DNA from: a virus
Strand: one strand, 5' to 3'
Length of the DNA: 64,000 bases
IMG/VR virus record: IMGVR_UViG_3300047444_000783
Span: 1-64,000 of that record
Part shown: piece after piece, positions 51,974 to 61,903 of the stretch
Layout of the letters: every line of letters begins with the position of its first letter
How positions within the stretch are numbered: position 1 is the first letter of the stretch
Notes under the pieces: generated by a model
What the model saw: only the letters and a program-made list of their open reading frames with translations
Database searches by the model: none
Told to the model about the DNA's origin: nothing
Program-made: the position numbers and the translations under genes

Positions 51974-54319
51974 TCAAACGGTCCTCCCAAATTCTCTAAA
52001 TTCAACCCCAGGTGTTATAAGGCAGATGGTGAGTGTGTTGCCAGGTGTCGCCGCGTAATCGGCGCTACCGGCGAGAAACAGCGGGGTAAAGCTGGCGCCA
52101 CAAGATTGGCCATTTTTAATCGTTGGACTACCCGAGAACTCTATGTAAATCATCGCGCCTTGCTGCCAGCCGGTGTGCTCAATGCAATGAATCGGGGTGT
52201 TGCCAGCGATGACAAATACGATCCCGCCGGTGCCCAGCGTCGTGTTGTTCGCGGCCGTAACCGGAGTTATATCCAGAGAGAACTGGACCCGCGCGCGACC
52301 GACCGTCAGCCCGCCGTTGAGCGTCGAATGGTTGCCGACAACAAGTCCGTCCTGAATGGTTAAATCCCCGAATTCAGCCTGGGTTATTCTGGTCGCCCCG
52401 TTGAAAGTCCCATCGGTGTACCCGCCATACGCAGTCCCGTTCAGCGAGATGTTTTCCGCTCCATTCACGATGTTATGGGCGAGTGTCGTGATCGTGTTTA
52501 CGTACTGAGTTTCCAGCCAGTTGACCGGAGTCCCAAGGTCTCTAATATGGTTGTTTGTTACGATCAGGGCGAGATATGCGCTGACAATAATTGTCGAACT
52601 TGCGCCCCCGGTGTTGATGTCCCGCAATTCGCAGTTTGTGATATTCAGCCGACGTCCACCACCGGCCCCCGTATTACCGTGGATCACAGTCCCGGTATAC
52701 TGCGTGCCGCTGATGATCACTCCATCGATGTCATAACTTCCGGACGGCCCGGTCGCACCAGCCCCGTCAACTCGAATAGCCTTATCCGGATGTCCGTTGT
52801 TGTTGATGATCTGACCGCCTTTTAAAATCAGGTCCGAGTTGAAGGCATAGACATCGTAAGGCTGGGCAACGGCAGCGTTCCGGACATTATCGATAAAACT
52901 GAACCCCGACAGAGTGACGCTCGAAGCATTGCAAATGAGCGCCTGTCCCTGGTAGGAGTTGGCGATAAAGTTAGAGATGGTTATGTTCGTCGCGTTCAGA
53001 GTTGAGATGCCGAATTCTTGAGGCTGAACAGTGAGATTCGTTCCATCGCCGACAACGTTTGAGATTGCCACGCTGTCGATGTCGCCAGGATTGGCACCGT
53101 TAAATTGAATAATTCCTGCGCCGCCATGATTCGAGCGGATATCGCTGATGACAGACTTGTACAGATGGTCGGCGGTGACGCAAAGATTTCCACCGAAGCA
53201 GTCGAGATCTGCGATCGTCAGACCTTGCGGTGCGAGCGAGGAACCGCCGGTTCGCGTGACATACACACAGTTTACGACCCCGCCCCCGTTGTTGATCCAG
53301 TCGCACTGGTTGTGAATGATCTTTGTCCCGGCCGTATCCACGGTCGCCGTCGATTCGACGAGCACGCCAATGCTGGACAGGAACCAATTGTTTTCAATGC
53401 TGGTTAAGTTCCCTCTTACTCGGATCGCGGCATGTGCCGCATCCTGGCCACTGGAAGTGATCATCATGTGTTTAACGGCTGACGGGCAGGCCCAGTTGAA
53501 CATCTGGATCAGATCGACGTTTTGATCGCTGAATAGGGTCGTGGTCCCCCTACCCTCCCCGACTAGCGTCAGACAGGCATTGATCACCCCGACTGGCACG
53601 CCTCTACCGACGTCTCCAGGGCACCCGTTGTAATGACAGGTCGACACGGCCTGGGTGATGTAGTACGTGCTTGCCGGAAACTTGACGATCCCGGCCGGAG
53701 CAATCTCGAGGGTATTGCTGACAGACCCGGCGACCACGAAGTCTACGGCCGCCTGGATCGGCGCCCAGTCGTCGGTCACGCCATCACCAACCGCGCCGAA
53801 CCACTGTGGATAGATGCAGGCGGCTACCCCGGCCGCTACCGGGGCGGTCGTGCCAGCGAAGATCTTATAGAGGCCGGCAATGATCTGGCCGGCGAACGAG
53901 AGCGTTACGCTGGACGTCGACAGGATGGACCCGGGCGCGAACGAGATCGATACGTTGAGCGGAACTGTCGTATTGACCGCAACGGTTGTCGTCCCGACGC
54001 CGAGGTACAGATGCACCGGCTTGGTCGACGACAGTCCGGTAAACGGGTTAGTTGACCATGTTTGAGCACCATGTAAGGACCGCGCATCGACGACCCCGCC
54101 GGTCGATGGCAGGGCCGCGATCGCCGCCGCGATCTTGAGCGAGGCATCGGCCCCCGCGAAATCCGCGGCGCTCAGGTACGCCGGACCGAGCAGCGAATGG
54201 ATCCCGATCAGGTTCAACGTCTCGGTCGACCCGTCCGGCAGCGTAACGCCGGCGATCGGGCCATGGCCGAACGCCAGGTCCTCCTCGAAGTTGGATCCGA
54301 ATATAAATGTCTCTGCCAT
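51974..54319 (-). CDS. tailspike 3, beta-helix (pectate lyase 3-like)
   Basis: PQWFGAVGDGVTDDWAPIQAAVD, FPASTY; shared anchor. Confidence 0.85.
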   Translation of the reverse strand: MAETFIFGSNFEEDLAFGHGPIAGVTLPDGSTETLNLIGIHSLLGPAYLSAADFAGADASLKIAAAIAALPSTGGVVDARSLHGAQTWSTNPFTGLSSTKPVHLYLGVGTTTVAVNTTVPLNVSISFAPGSILSTSSVTLSFAGQIIAGLYKIFAGTTAPVAAGVAACIYPQWFGAVGDGVTDDWAPIQAAVDFVVAGSVSNTLEIAPAGIVKFPASTYYITQAVSTCHYNGCPGDVGRGVPVGVINACLTLVGEGRGTTTLFSDQNVDLIQMFNWACPSAVKHMMITSSGQDAAHAAIRVRGNLTSIENNWFLSSIGVLVESTATVDTAGTKIIHNQCDWINNGGGVVNCVYVTRTGGSSLAPQGLTIADLDCFGGNLCVTADHLYKSVISDIRSNHGGAGIIQFNGANPGDIDSVAISNVVGDGTNLTVQPQEFGISTLNATNITISNFIANSYQGQALICNASSVTLSGFSFIDNVRNAAVAQPYDVYAFNSDLILKGGQIINNNGHPDKAIRVDGAGATGPSGSYDIDGVIISGTQYTGTVIHGNTGAGGGRRLNITNCELRDINTGGASSTIIVSAYLALIVTNNHIRDLGTPVNWLETQYVNTITTLAHNIVNGAENISLNGTAYGGYTDGTFNGATRITQAEFGDLTIQDGLVVGNHSTLNGGLTVGRARVQFSLDITPVTAANNTTLGTGGIVFVIAGNTPIHCIEHTGWQQGAMIYIEFSGSPTIKNGQSCGASFTPLFLAGSADYAATPGNTLTICLITPGVEFREFGRTV

Positions 54320-55413
54320 TATTGAGGCGTCCCCTGCGGTTGCGAAACCTTGTCGTGCACGGCGCTGATCAGCCGGCGGAATAGCTGGACCCCGAAATCG
54401 AATCTCAGCTTGCAGTATTTGGCGCGCGGCAGATCCTGCCCCTCGCCCTGCTTGTTCAGCATCACCATCAGCGTCCAGAACTTAATGTACGGGAGCACGA
54501 AGTCCGGCACGCGCATCAGATCGTCCAGCCTCGACACGTCATCGATCAGCCGCGTCCCCAGGATCTCGAAGTTCGTCAGACCGGTCAGCATCTGACGGAT
54601 GGTCCCCGCGTACGGCCGGCCGTGAGGGAGGACCCCGTTGATTGCCGGGACCCCAATGGAATACCGGAATAAACCGCCCCCGCCGCCGCCTGGCAGCGTC
54701 GCCGAGTAAAAGGTAGTATCGGCCGTCCAGGCCGCGCTCGCGCCTGTAACGGTCACTGTGGCGTTCGCCGTCAACGTTACCTGGTGGGTTGTGTTGAATC
54801 CGCTGATCGTTGTGATCAGCGCCCCGCCGGCCGGCCCGGCTCCGGCAACCGCGATCCGTTTCCCGATATCGTCAGTCGTGAAGGTCGCGCTCGCGCTGTT
54901 GAGTACGTTCGTTGTCGCGTTGATCGCCGCGTCGGTCACGTTCGTCGTCGCGTGCATCATGTACCGAAGGGTCCCGAGGTTACCGACCGTTCGGTAGCCT
55001 GTTCCGGTCATCACACTCGTCGGCGCCCGGTCCATTTCGAATGTCTTGGTCGACAGTTGATCCTGGTGATACTGCCGCGGGACCCCCGGGAGCGTCCGCC
55101 ACTTCGGATTATCGCGATCCAGATTCAGCCGGGTTGTCCGGTAAGTCGCTTTGTTGTTGAAGGCGATCCGGTCCAACTGCATCGTGAAGTACGGGTCCGC
55201 GTAGATCCGCTGGTTTGTCACGCTCTGGACCGCCGCAATCACCTTAATCAACTGTGTTTGCAGCACGAACTCCTTCGCCGCCGCATTCAGGTACCCAATG
55301 ATCTCATCGGGCGACCACAGTCCTGTCGACCAGTCGATGCCTCCACGATTGGAGTAATCCTCCTGCACGAGTACAGCGAGTTGTGAAAGTACGGTCGCGA
55401 CGGTTGTGCTCAT
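54319..55413 (-). CDS. head-tail adaptor-like protein with beta-rich insertion
   Basis: WS.DEIIGYLN.A..EF, LDRDNPKW....GVP.QY. Confidence 0.6.
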   Translation of the reverse strand: MSTTVATVLSQLAVLVQEDYSNRGGIDWSTGLWSPDEIIGYLNAAAKEFVLQTQLIKVIAAVQSVTNQRIYADPYFTMQLDRIAFNNKATYRTTRLNLDRDNPKWRTLPGVPRQYHQDQLSTKTFEMDRAPTSVMTGTGYRTVGNLGTLRYMMHATTNVTDAAINATTNVLNSASATFTTDDIGKRIAVAGAGPAGGALITTISGFNTTHQVTLTANATVTVTGASAAWTADTTFYSATLPGGGGGGLFRYSIGVPAINGVLPHGRPYAGTIRQMLTGLTNFEILGTRLIDDVSRLDDLMRVPDFVLPYIKFWTLMVMLNKQGEGQDLPRAKYCKLRFDFGVQLFRRLISAVHDKVSQPQGTPQ

Positions 55414-56069
55414 CAGCTTCTATCGACTGTCGAATACTCGTTGCCCGTATCCGCGTTCGGATCACGACTCCAGATCGTGAACTCGGCTGCGAATGTCCTC
55501 TGCGCTTTGTGGCCGGCGATCAAGCGATACTGATCATAGGCTTCCATCGCCTGCTGCAACTCAGCCCCGCTCTCCTTGAACCGCGCCATGTGATACACGT
55601 ACATGGTCAACGCCTCGATGTACTCCGCCTCTAGATCGATCACCGTGTTCTCATCGATCGCCCCGGGTTCGTCGAGAGTCGTAAGCGTCACGTTGTACGC
55701 GCCGGTCGGAGTCCGGTCGCAGAACCAGCGGTCGAGGCCGCATGGCGCCCACTTCGTCAGGATCCCGGTCAGGCCGTCCCATAGTGGGTTCGCCCGGTCA
55801 AAATTCTCGATCGAACTCTTTTCGATCTTCTGATTCGAGACCTGAATATTGATGATCGCGATCGCCCCCTCTGGGGTTGACTGGGCCTTCGCTCCGATCA
55901 TCGCGTACGTACGTTCGCTCGTCAGTTGCGAGGCCATCAGCGTGAACTCGAGAAACCCCTCGTTCAGCAAGACCAGCAACTCCGAGCGGGACCAGAAGAT
56001 CGGGGTCGCCTCCTCTTCAGCGAGACGGTCCAGCACCTGGTCGAGAATCTGTCCGGCGGTCGCGCTCAT
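55413..56069 (-). CDS. head-tail adaptor-like protein
   Basis: FWSRSELL..LNEG..EF, FDRANPLW; paralogue of the neighbouring gene. Confidence 0.6.
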   Translation of the reverse strand: MSATAGQILDQVLDRLAEEEATPIFWSRSELLVLLNEGFLEFTLMASQLTSERTYAMIGAKAQSTPEGAIAIINIQVSNQKIEKSSIENFDRANPLWDGLTGILTKWAPCGLDRWFCDRTPTGAYNVTLTTLDEPGAIDENTVIDLEAEYIEALTMYVYHMARFKESGAELQQAMEAYDQYRLIAGHKAQRTFAAEFTIWSRDPNADTGNEYSTVDRS

Positions 56070-57229
56070 ACGTTATACGAGTCATAGTCGACGTTAAACC
56101 AGTCCTGGCCGCCGCCCGGGCCGACGCGGTACCGTTTGTACTGGTAGACCAACTGCATGATCGCCGTACTATCGTCCTCATTCTTCATGAAGTTGATATC
56201 CCGCTCCGCTTCCTCGATGTACGCCTTACCGAGCGCCGGGTCGTAATAGATTCCGCCGGCGAGCGCCTTGTGGCCGGGCCAGCGCGCGGCCTCCGCCTTC
56301 GCCAGCTTGATCAGCACGTCCGACCGGATCCCGTTCGGCAGGATATCGAAGTCCTCGGCGAGCGGCGGAAAGGAGCGCACATAGATGTAGGGGAAGGCTG
56401 CGCTCGAGGTTGGCCGCGGCCACATTTCATAGAGCGGGCTGCCGGCCGGGTCCGTCTCGTGGAAGGCCAAGCGCCATGGCATGCTCACGACGTTCCGACG
56501 CGGGTCCATCCCGTCGAGTAAGGTCTTGGGCGTCGCGATATCGAACGCGTACTGCCGGTCCTGGTTGACCATCGTCAGTAGTTCTTTGACGTCCTGGCCG
56601 AGCGATATATAGACAAGCGTGACCTCGTAACTGTAACCGGTGAGCGCCGCGTACGGCCACGGTACGTTGATCAGCATCCGCGTATCCGACGTGAAGCCCG
56701 TGCAGGTGACGAACGGAGTTAACGCGTTGATCCTAAACTGTCGGCCGGCCATCGAGCTGCCGCCGACCTGGACTCCCGCCGAGTGAGTGAGGGTCGTGCG
56801 TGCACGGAAACTGCTGGAGTTCAGATCGACCGAGATGACGAACACCGCCTCTTCCCCGGCGTTCCGGCCGTCGAGGACCAGCCATCGGCCTGGCGCAATC
56901 CCGCTCATCGATACCGGCTTGAGGTCGATAACTCCGGTCGTTATCGTGCCCTCCAGTAGCGTCGTGTCCACGACGTCGTTGAACGGCCACACGGTATTCG
57001 TTCCCGTGACTACACTTGAAAGCGGAGTAACTGTAACCAGCCCAGCGGTATACGTATTCGGTACAGGGAGGATGTTGTACTTGACGAGGCCGGACCAGGC
57101 GCGCCGCGCCATGATCATCCGCAGGCTGTCGTTGATATCCCGGCGGGCGAACGACCGGTCGTACAGCGGGAATTTTTGCATGACCGAGTCGGTCATCTGC
57201 TGAAAGTTTTCGTATTGCGGTGTCGGCAT
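56066..57229 (-). CDS. head-tail adaptor-like protein with beta-rich insertion
   Basis: IN...R.I..RR.WS.L, YTAG.VTV...SSVVTG.NT.W, MWPRP. Confidence 0.55.
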   Translation of the reverse strand: MPTPQYENFQQMTDSVMQKFPLYDRSFARRDINDSLRMIMARRAWSGLVKYNILPVPNTYTAGLVTVTPLSSVVTGTNTVWPFNDVVDTTLLEGTITTGVIDLKPVSMSGIAPGRWLVLDGRNAGEEAVFVISVDLNSSSFRARTTLTHSAGVQVGGSSMAGRQFRINALTPFVTCTGFTSDTRMLINVPWPYAALTGYSYEVTLVYISLGQDVKELLTMVNQDRQYAFDIATPKTLLDGMDPRRNVVSMPWRLAFHETDPAGSPLYEMWPRPTSSAAFPYIYVRSFPPLAEDFDILPNGIRSDVLIKLAKAEAARWPGHKALAGGIYYDPALGKAYIEEAERDINFMKNEDDSTAIMQLVYQYKRYRVGPGGGQDWFNVDYDSYNV

Positions 57230-57279
57230 ACCATCTTCATTTTAGAGGGTATGTAAAGGCGGGTCTGGCTAGAGGATGG

Positions 57280-57903
57280 TTACTTTTGAACGCACTCGCT
57301 GTCCGGCAGGCACCAGACTGTCCAGCCATGCTTCTGCGCGAAGCGGCAGAACCGGACGCCCATCGAACGCTCAGTCTCGTCGTAGTTGAAGATCCACCGG
57401 GTATCGTTTAAGGACTGAAGGACTTCGGTCTTGATCAACATGCAGCCGACGGCAACCGCCGCACACTCAAAAACGCCGGTCTTCGGATGGTCGTACCAGA
57501 CCAATTCGCCAATATCTTGATCCGTATCGAGATAGGACTGGATCGCGCCAATGGGATCAGAAATCTTCGGTTCTCGCCAGACCAGCGGATCACCATTATC
57601 CCGGTGAACAAGCGCGCCGACAATCGGCTTATCGCATTCCAGCAGTCTGGCCAGGATATCGCGAGGAGTCGTAATGTCGTCGTCCAGGAAGAATAGATGC
57701 GTGGCCTTTAACTCCAGCGCCTTGCGGATTGCCAGATCTCGAGCACCGCGTATCGCGTGTTTCGGCCCGAGCACGAACGACGCGGTTAGGTATATGTCAT
57801 TGTGCTCGTCTTCGTGTATTTCTTTGAGCATCCCGATCCGATTGGAATAAACGTCCGGCTCTATCGCGTGGTAAATCGGTTCGGCGATCAGGACTTTATT
57901 CAA
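57280..57903 (-). CDS. GT2-like glycosyltransferase
   Basis: ARD.AIR.AL...THLFFLDDD, AVGCMLIK..V; the usual ED before 'FC' reads MG. Confidence 0.75.
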   Translation of the reverse strand: MNKVLIAEPIYHAIEPDVYSNRIGMLKEIHEDEHNDIYLTASFVLGPKHAIRGARDLAIRKALELKATHLFFLDDDITTPRDILARLLECDKPIVGALVHRDNGDPLVWREPKISDPIGAIQSYLDTDQDIGELVWYDHPKTGVFECAAVAVGCMLIKTEVLQSLNDTRWIFNYDETERSMGVRFCRFAQKHGWTVWCLPDSECVQK

Positions 57904-58079
57904 AACTCACTCGCTTTCCAGCATTCGGTGCTGCAATATTCCATCATCCATGCCGCCCACCAGTGGTGGCCGGACTTAAACGGCAGGCCGCCCCAGTACC
58001 AGCGACCGCACGCAATGCAGGGCTGAAACGGGAACCATCCGAAGTAACGCCTGTACCAATATCGCCATCCGGTAATCAT
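57900..58079 (-). CDS. Trp-rich small zinc-finger protein (59 aa), not in the ORF track
   Basis: CIACG...YCSTEC; 4-nt overlaps at both ends. Confidence 0.6.
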   Translation of the reverse strand: MITGWRYWYRRYFGWFPFQPCIACGRWYWGGLPFKSGHHWWAAWMMEYCSTECWKASEF

Positions 58080-58414
58080 GTGTGTCGCTCACACGTCCGG
58101 CCAGCCACGCACGCGCACGTGCGGAATGTCTCGAGCGTCATCAGCCCGTTGACGAACTTGGCCGCCATCAGCCTCAGCGCCTCGGCCGGCACTTCGTCCT
58201 CATTGAAGACGAGGTTGACCTGGAAGTACGTTCCGTCAGACCGAAGCGCCGCAAGTTTGATGTTCGTCGCGAAGGTCGGCGGATAGTGCGTCCCATCCTC
58301 CATCGTGTGGCCGTACTCGTCGACGGCCGGACCGTACATTTTCAACATGTGCCAGCCGGGCGACTCGACGACCTCCCGGACTTTCGGATGCAGTTCAGGC
58401 TTCTCGGATGACAT
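58076..58414 (-). CDS. hypothetical protein
   Basis: AAAGGA SD, 112 aa. Confidence 0.6.
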   Translation of the reverse strand: MSSEKPELHPKVREVVESPGWHMLKMYGPAVDEYGHTMEDGTHYPPTFATNIKLAALRSDGTYFQVNLVFNEDEVPAEALRLMAAKFVNGLMTLETFRTCACVAGRTCERHT

Positions 58415-59444
58415 TGCAGATCCTTTCTACTTCAGCGTCGGTTAACGCGCTGGAGAGCGGGAGGCATAGGCCGCGCTCGCTGATGGAACGCGCGGCCCGT
58501 CCAGCGAATCCTCTTGGCATTGGGAAGAACGGTCGGCACTCTATATTTTCGCGGTCACACGCATCGATCGCCGCATCCCTATTCGCAGGTATACCCGCAA
58601 ATAGCCAAGGTGCACACTCCTCGGTTGGTTCGATGCGCGGATACGTCCAGCGCCCGACTCCCGCATCTCGGTAGCGCTTCAAGATCTCACGGCGCCGCCT
58701 GAGCATCTTCGGCATTCGCTCCAACTGAGCGCACAGCACGGCAGCCTGGAGGTCCGTCATGCGCGCGTTCAGCCCATCCAGTACCGGCACGTAACTCTTA
58801 TCGGCGATCCCGTGGTTGACGATCAACCGCATGCGTGTGTACATCTCCTCGCTGTTGCAGAGGATTGCCCCTCCTTCGCCGGCGGTCACGATTTTATTCG
58901 CGTAGAATGAAACGACGGAAACGCTGCAATAGAAACTGCCGGGGTATCCGCTTCCGGCAGGTCGGCTTTCATAAGAACCGCCGAACGATTCCGCGGCGTC
59001 CTCAATCATCTCGCATCGTACGGACGATCGGAGGTCTAAGTCTGCGGCAACAACTTTCCCGTAGCAAGGCGCGACTACCGCATAGTCAAACGTGCAGCCT
59101 TTCGGCGTATAAGCCTGCCAAGTCGCCGGGTATGCGTCCTGGTGCCAAACATCGCCGCCGGTCAGCCGGATAGCGTTATGGACGGCCGCGAAGGTCATTG
59201 CGGGTGCCGCGACCAGGCGGTGCGGTTTGATGTTCGTATCCAGCAGGGCTACCATCAGCGCCATCGTCCCGCTCGAGCAGCAGATCGCGTACTTCCGCCC
59301 GGTGATTGCCTTCAGGCGCTCCTCCGCCTCGGCGACGAACTTCCCCTGCGTGATCCAGCCGGAGCGCATGACCTCGTTGACGTTCAGGCGCTCGGCGCGA
59401 CCGATGTCCGGGCGGGCGATCGGGATGCGCGACTTAGCCGCCAT
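58395..59444 (-). CDS. DegT/DnrJ/EryC1/StrS PLP-dependent sugar aminotransferase (perosamine synthase-like)
   Basis: SSGTMAL, EDAAESFG, SFYANKIVTAGEGG, LCLPL. Confidence 0.92.
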   Translation of the reverse strand: MAAKSRIPIARPDIGRAERLNVNEVMRSGWITQGKFVAEAEERLKAITGRKYAICCSSGTMALMVALLDTNIKPHRLVAAPAMTFAAVHNAIRLTGGDVWHQDAYPATWQAYTPKGCTFDYAVVAPCYGKVVAADLDLRSSVRCEMIEDAAESFGGSYESRPAGSGYPGSFYCSVSVVSFYANKIVTAGEGGAILCNSEEMYTRMRLIVNHGIADKSYVPVLDGLNARMTDLQAAVLCAQLERMPKMLRRRREILKRYRDAGVGRWTYPRIEPTEECAPWLFAGIPANRDAAIDACDRENIECRPFFPMPRGFAGRAARSISERGLCLPLSSALTDAEVERICNVIREA

Positions 59445-59634
59445 ACGTCATCTCCGTGATATCTGGGTCACCTATCGGGATGATCTGGTTCTCGTCCGGG
59501 CAGATAAAGCCGCTGCTCGGCGGGTGGACGATAAACGCCCGTACGCCCCCACCTTCCTTCGGTTCCAGATTTATGCCGACATAGGACAGGCATTTCGTAC
59601 ATTGAAATTGCGGGATAACGTAGACGCTGATCAT
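59434..59634 (-). CDS. small hypothetical protein (CxxC)
   Basis: ATGA overlap; FQCTKC. Confidence 0.5.
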   Translation of the reverse strand: MISVYVIPQFQCTKCLSYVGINLEPKEGGGVRAFIVHPPSSGFICPDENQIIPIGDPDITEMTYGG

Positions 59635-60665
59635 ACGCCAATCACCTTCTTCCACCGGTCTCTCAGGACGGACCAGGAATGATCCCGCTCGACGATGGCG
59701 CGGTTGGCCTCCGAGATCGTGCTCATATCGTTCTCGGCACACCAGCGGATCTTTTCCGCCAGATCGTCGATGTCGACCTTGTGCGCCAGACAGTGCGGAT
59801 TGACCGTTCCCGCATGCTGGTGTTCGGCGGCCTTCACGCATAGTTGATACCCGGGCGTCCAGAACTCGTTCATCGGCTCGGCATCCGTTGTGATGACCGG
59901 CAGACCGCTAGCCATCCCCTCGAGGCCGACAAGCGAGTGACCGTCGTAATGCGACGGATAGATCAGGACGTCTCCCTCGTCGTAGAGTTCGGCGCGCGTA
60001 TCGCGGGACCCGTAATCGATCTTGACGTTCGACGGCAGGTTCCCATCGAACTCCGGACAGATCCGGCTAAAGACTTCCTGGCAGCGAACAAGCAGCGTCG
60101 CGCCTGGGACGTCCGCCTTGATGAATCCGCGGATGGTCTCACGCGTCCCCTTGCGGCCGTTCATTCCGCCGGATCCTGCATTGTGAATGAAGATCTTTGC
60201 CGGTCCCGATCGCTGGATAAACGGGAACTCGTCCAGGTCGACCGGGTAGGGCAGGAAGATCTTGTTGTCTCGCGGTACCTCCTGGAACGCCTTATACGAT
60301 GGGCAGACATACAGGTCGACGTTCTGATAGGCCGGCAGGTTCGGATTGAACGACTCCCACATGACGATCAGAATCGTCCGCATTCCCAACTCTTTCGCCG
60401 TCTTGAACGTCCGATCGCCGAAACCGGTCTCGATCGAGACCAGCGTGTCGATCTTGTCCGTCGACTGCCAGGCCTCGAGGTCCTGGGGCGCGATCTCCCA
60501 CTGCTGCAGGTAGAACTCCTCGCCGTTTGCCCATTCGAGTGAGTACGGCCAGTCCGGACCGTCCGGGATCACGAGTTGACGGTTGATCCCCAGTTGCTGA
60601 CGGAGATCGTGGGCCATCGTGCCCAGCCCGCGCTTGGAAAGATATGAGACGATTCCGACTGTCAT
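59631..60665 (-). CDS. GT-B fold (GT4-like) glycosyltransferase
   Basis: RKG, PSHYDGHSLVGLEGMASGLPVITTD. Confidence 0.88.
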   Translation of the reverse strand: MTVGIVSYLSKRGLGTMAHDLRQQLGINRQLVIPDGPDWPYSLEWANGEEFYLQQWEIAPQDLEAWQSTDKIDTLVSIETGFGDRTFKTAKELGMRTILIVMWESFNPNLPAYQNVDLYVCPSYKAFQEVPRDNKIFLPYPVDLDEFPFIQRSGPAKIFIHNAGSGGMNGRKGTRETIRGFIKADVPGATLLVRCQEVFSRICPEFDGNLPSNVKIDYGSRDTRAELYDEGDVLIYPSHYDGHSLVGLEGMASGLPVITTDAEPMNEFWTPGYQLCVKAAEHQHAGTVNPHCLAHKVDIDDLAEKIRWCAENDMSTISEANRAIVERDHSWSVLRDRWKKVIGV

Positions 60666-60877
60666 ACGCGCTCAGGCCACGACCACTGGCAAGGCCCGGT
60701 TCCGAAAACAGCCCAGTCCTGGTGCTGACCTTTAGGTCCAAATACGAAAAGCTGAACCTTGCCTTCTACGGTAGGGTCCAACTCTCTGATGATTGCCGGC
60801 GACGTCGTTGGCGCGTACTTACCGTCCGCGCTGCCGGGGTGATGATAGATCACGATTCGTCCTACGCTTGGTTTCAT
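60662..60877 (-). CDS. conserved small phage protein
   Basis: KPSVGRIV.Y...PAII...V.LFVF...WSWPERV; GGAGG SD. Confidence 0.8.
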   Translation of the reverse strand: MKPSVGRIVIYHHPGSADGKYAPTTSPAIIRELDPTVEGKVQLFVFGPKGQHQDWAVFGTGPCQWSWPERV

Positions 60878-60887
60878 CGGTCCTCCG

Positions 60888-60915
60888 AAAAATAAGGCCG
60901 ACCGCCGGCCGGCCT
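60888..60915 (-). terminator. possible intrinsic terminator/attenuator
   Basis: AGGCCGGCC-GGC-GGTCGGCCT then TATTTTT. Confidence 0.5.
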
Positions 60916-60976
60916 AGAATAAGCGTCATAAACAGTACGGAAACCGGCCGCACTCCGGACCGCCTGACTCTAACGT

Positions 60977-61903
60977 TCAGGCTGGAAATTGTTGCACCTG
61001 CAAATCGGCTGGCCACTCGGACGGATCGCCGCCATTCTTATCTTCAAGCGAGACCAGCCGGTAGCAATTCGGTGCGAATTCCATGGGCCGGGACCCTAGT
61101 TGTTTAACAAATACCGGGACGCCGGCCGCACGACACTGACGGACGATCGAGCGCGCCCACCCGATATCAAATACCCGTGCGCCTGGACCACTCTCGCCGC
61201 CGACGATCACCCATCCGATCGCATTGTCGCTCTTGTCGGAGACCATGCAGCTAGTGTCCTCCGAGCACCATTCGCCGCGTAGCGCGTCCATCGAATGGCC
61301 CATGATCTCGAAGTTCGTGAAATCGACCGGGCCGAGCGCCGGTTCGTAACTGACGAATCGGACGGCCGCAGGCGTCTGTATCAGACTCGGGATACGCTCG
61401 TTCGCCGTCTTCTGGTCTTCGACGGACGTTCCCAACCAGACGTTCGGCAGATCCGCGCCATAGCCTTCACGCAGTGTGAGGCCGTCGAGCATCCATTCCT
61501 GCAGGATCGCCGCCATTCGCTGTGGCCGTTTCGTCAACACCTGAAACGTATGCCAGTGGGCGCGCGCCATCACGGAAAAGACCGCGCGGATGAAATCCTC
61601 CGGCACGTCCTTATGAAACAGATCCGACTGGCTGTTGACGAAGATGCGCCGCGGCTTCTTCCAATGCAGCGGGATCTCCAGTCGATCCTCGAGGGTCCGG
61701 ACGGCGCCCGTCCAGTTCAGCCGTCCGTTCAGGCTATAGACTAATCCGGAGTACGCACGGTTGACCTTCTCGTTCGGATTGTGGCCCATCCGCCAGCCGT
61801 CGCGGATCGCGTAGCAGTTATCGCAACCGGCGCTCACCTTCTGACAGCCGACGACCGGGTTCCAAGTCGCTGAAGTCCATGAAATATTGGAATGCTCAGA
61901 CAT
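60977..61903 (-). CDS. DUF5131 (phage Gp37/Gp68) family protein
   Basis: ISWT..TWNPVVGC.KVS.GCDNCYA, SDLFH, LTKRP, WVIVGGESG, FVKQLG. Confidence 0.92.
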   Translation of the reverse strand: MSEHSNISWTSATWNPVVGCQKVSAGCDNCYAIRDGWRMGHNPNEKVNRAYSGLVYSLNGRLNWTGAVRTLEDRLEIPLHWKKPRRIFVNSQSDLFHKDVPEDFIRAVFSVMARAHWHTFQVLTKRPQRMAAILQEWMLDGLTLREGYGADLPNVWLGTSVEDQKTANERIPSLIQTPAAVRFVSYEPALGPVDFTNFEIMGHSMDALRGEWCSEDTSCMVSDKSDNAIGWVIVGGESGPGARVFDIGWARSIVRQCRAAGVPVFVKQLGSRPMEFAPNCYRLVSLEDKNGGDPSEWPADLQVQQFPA

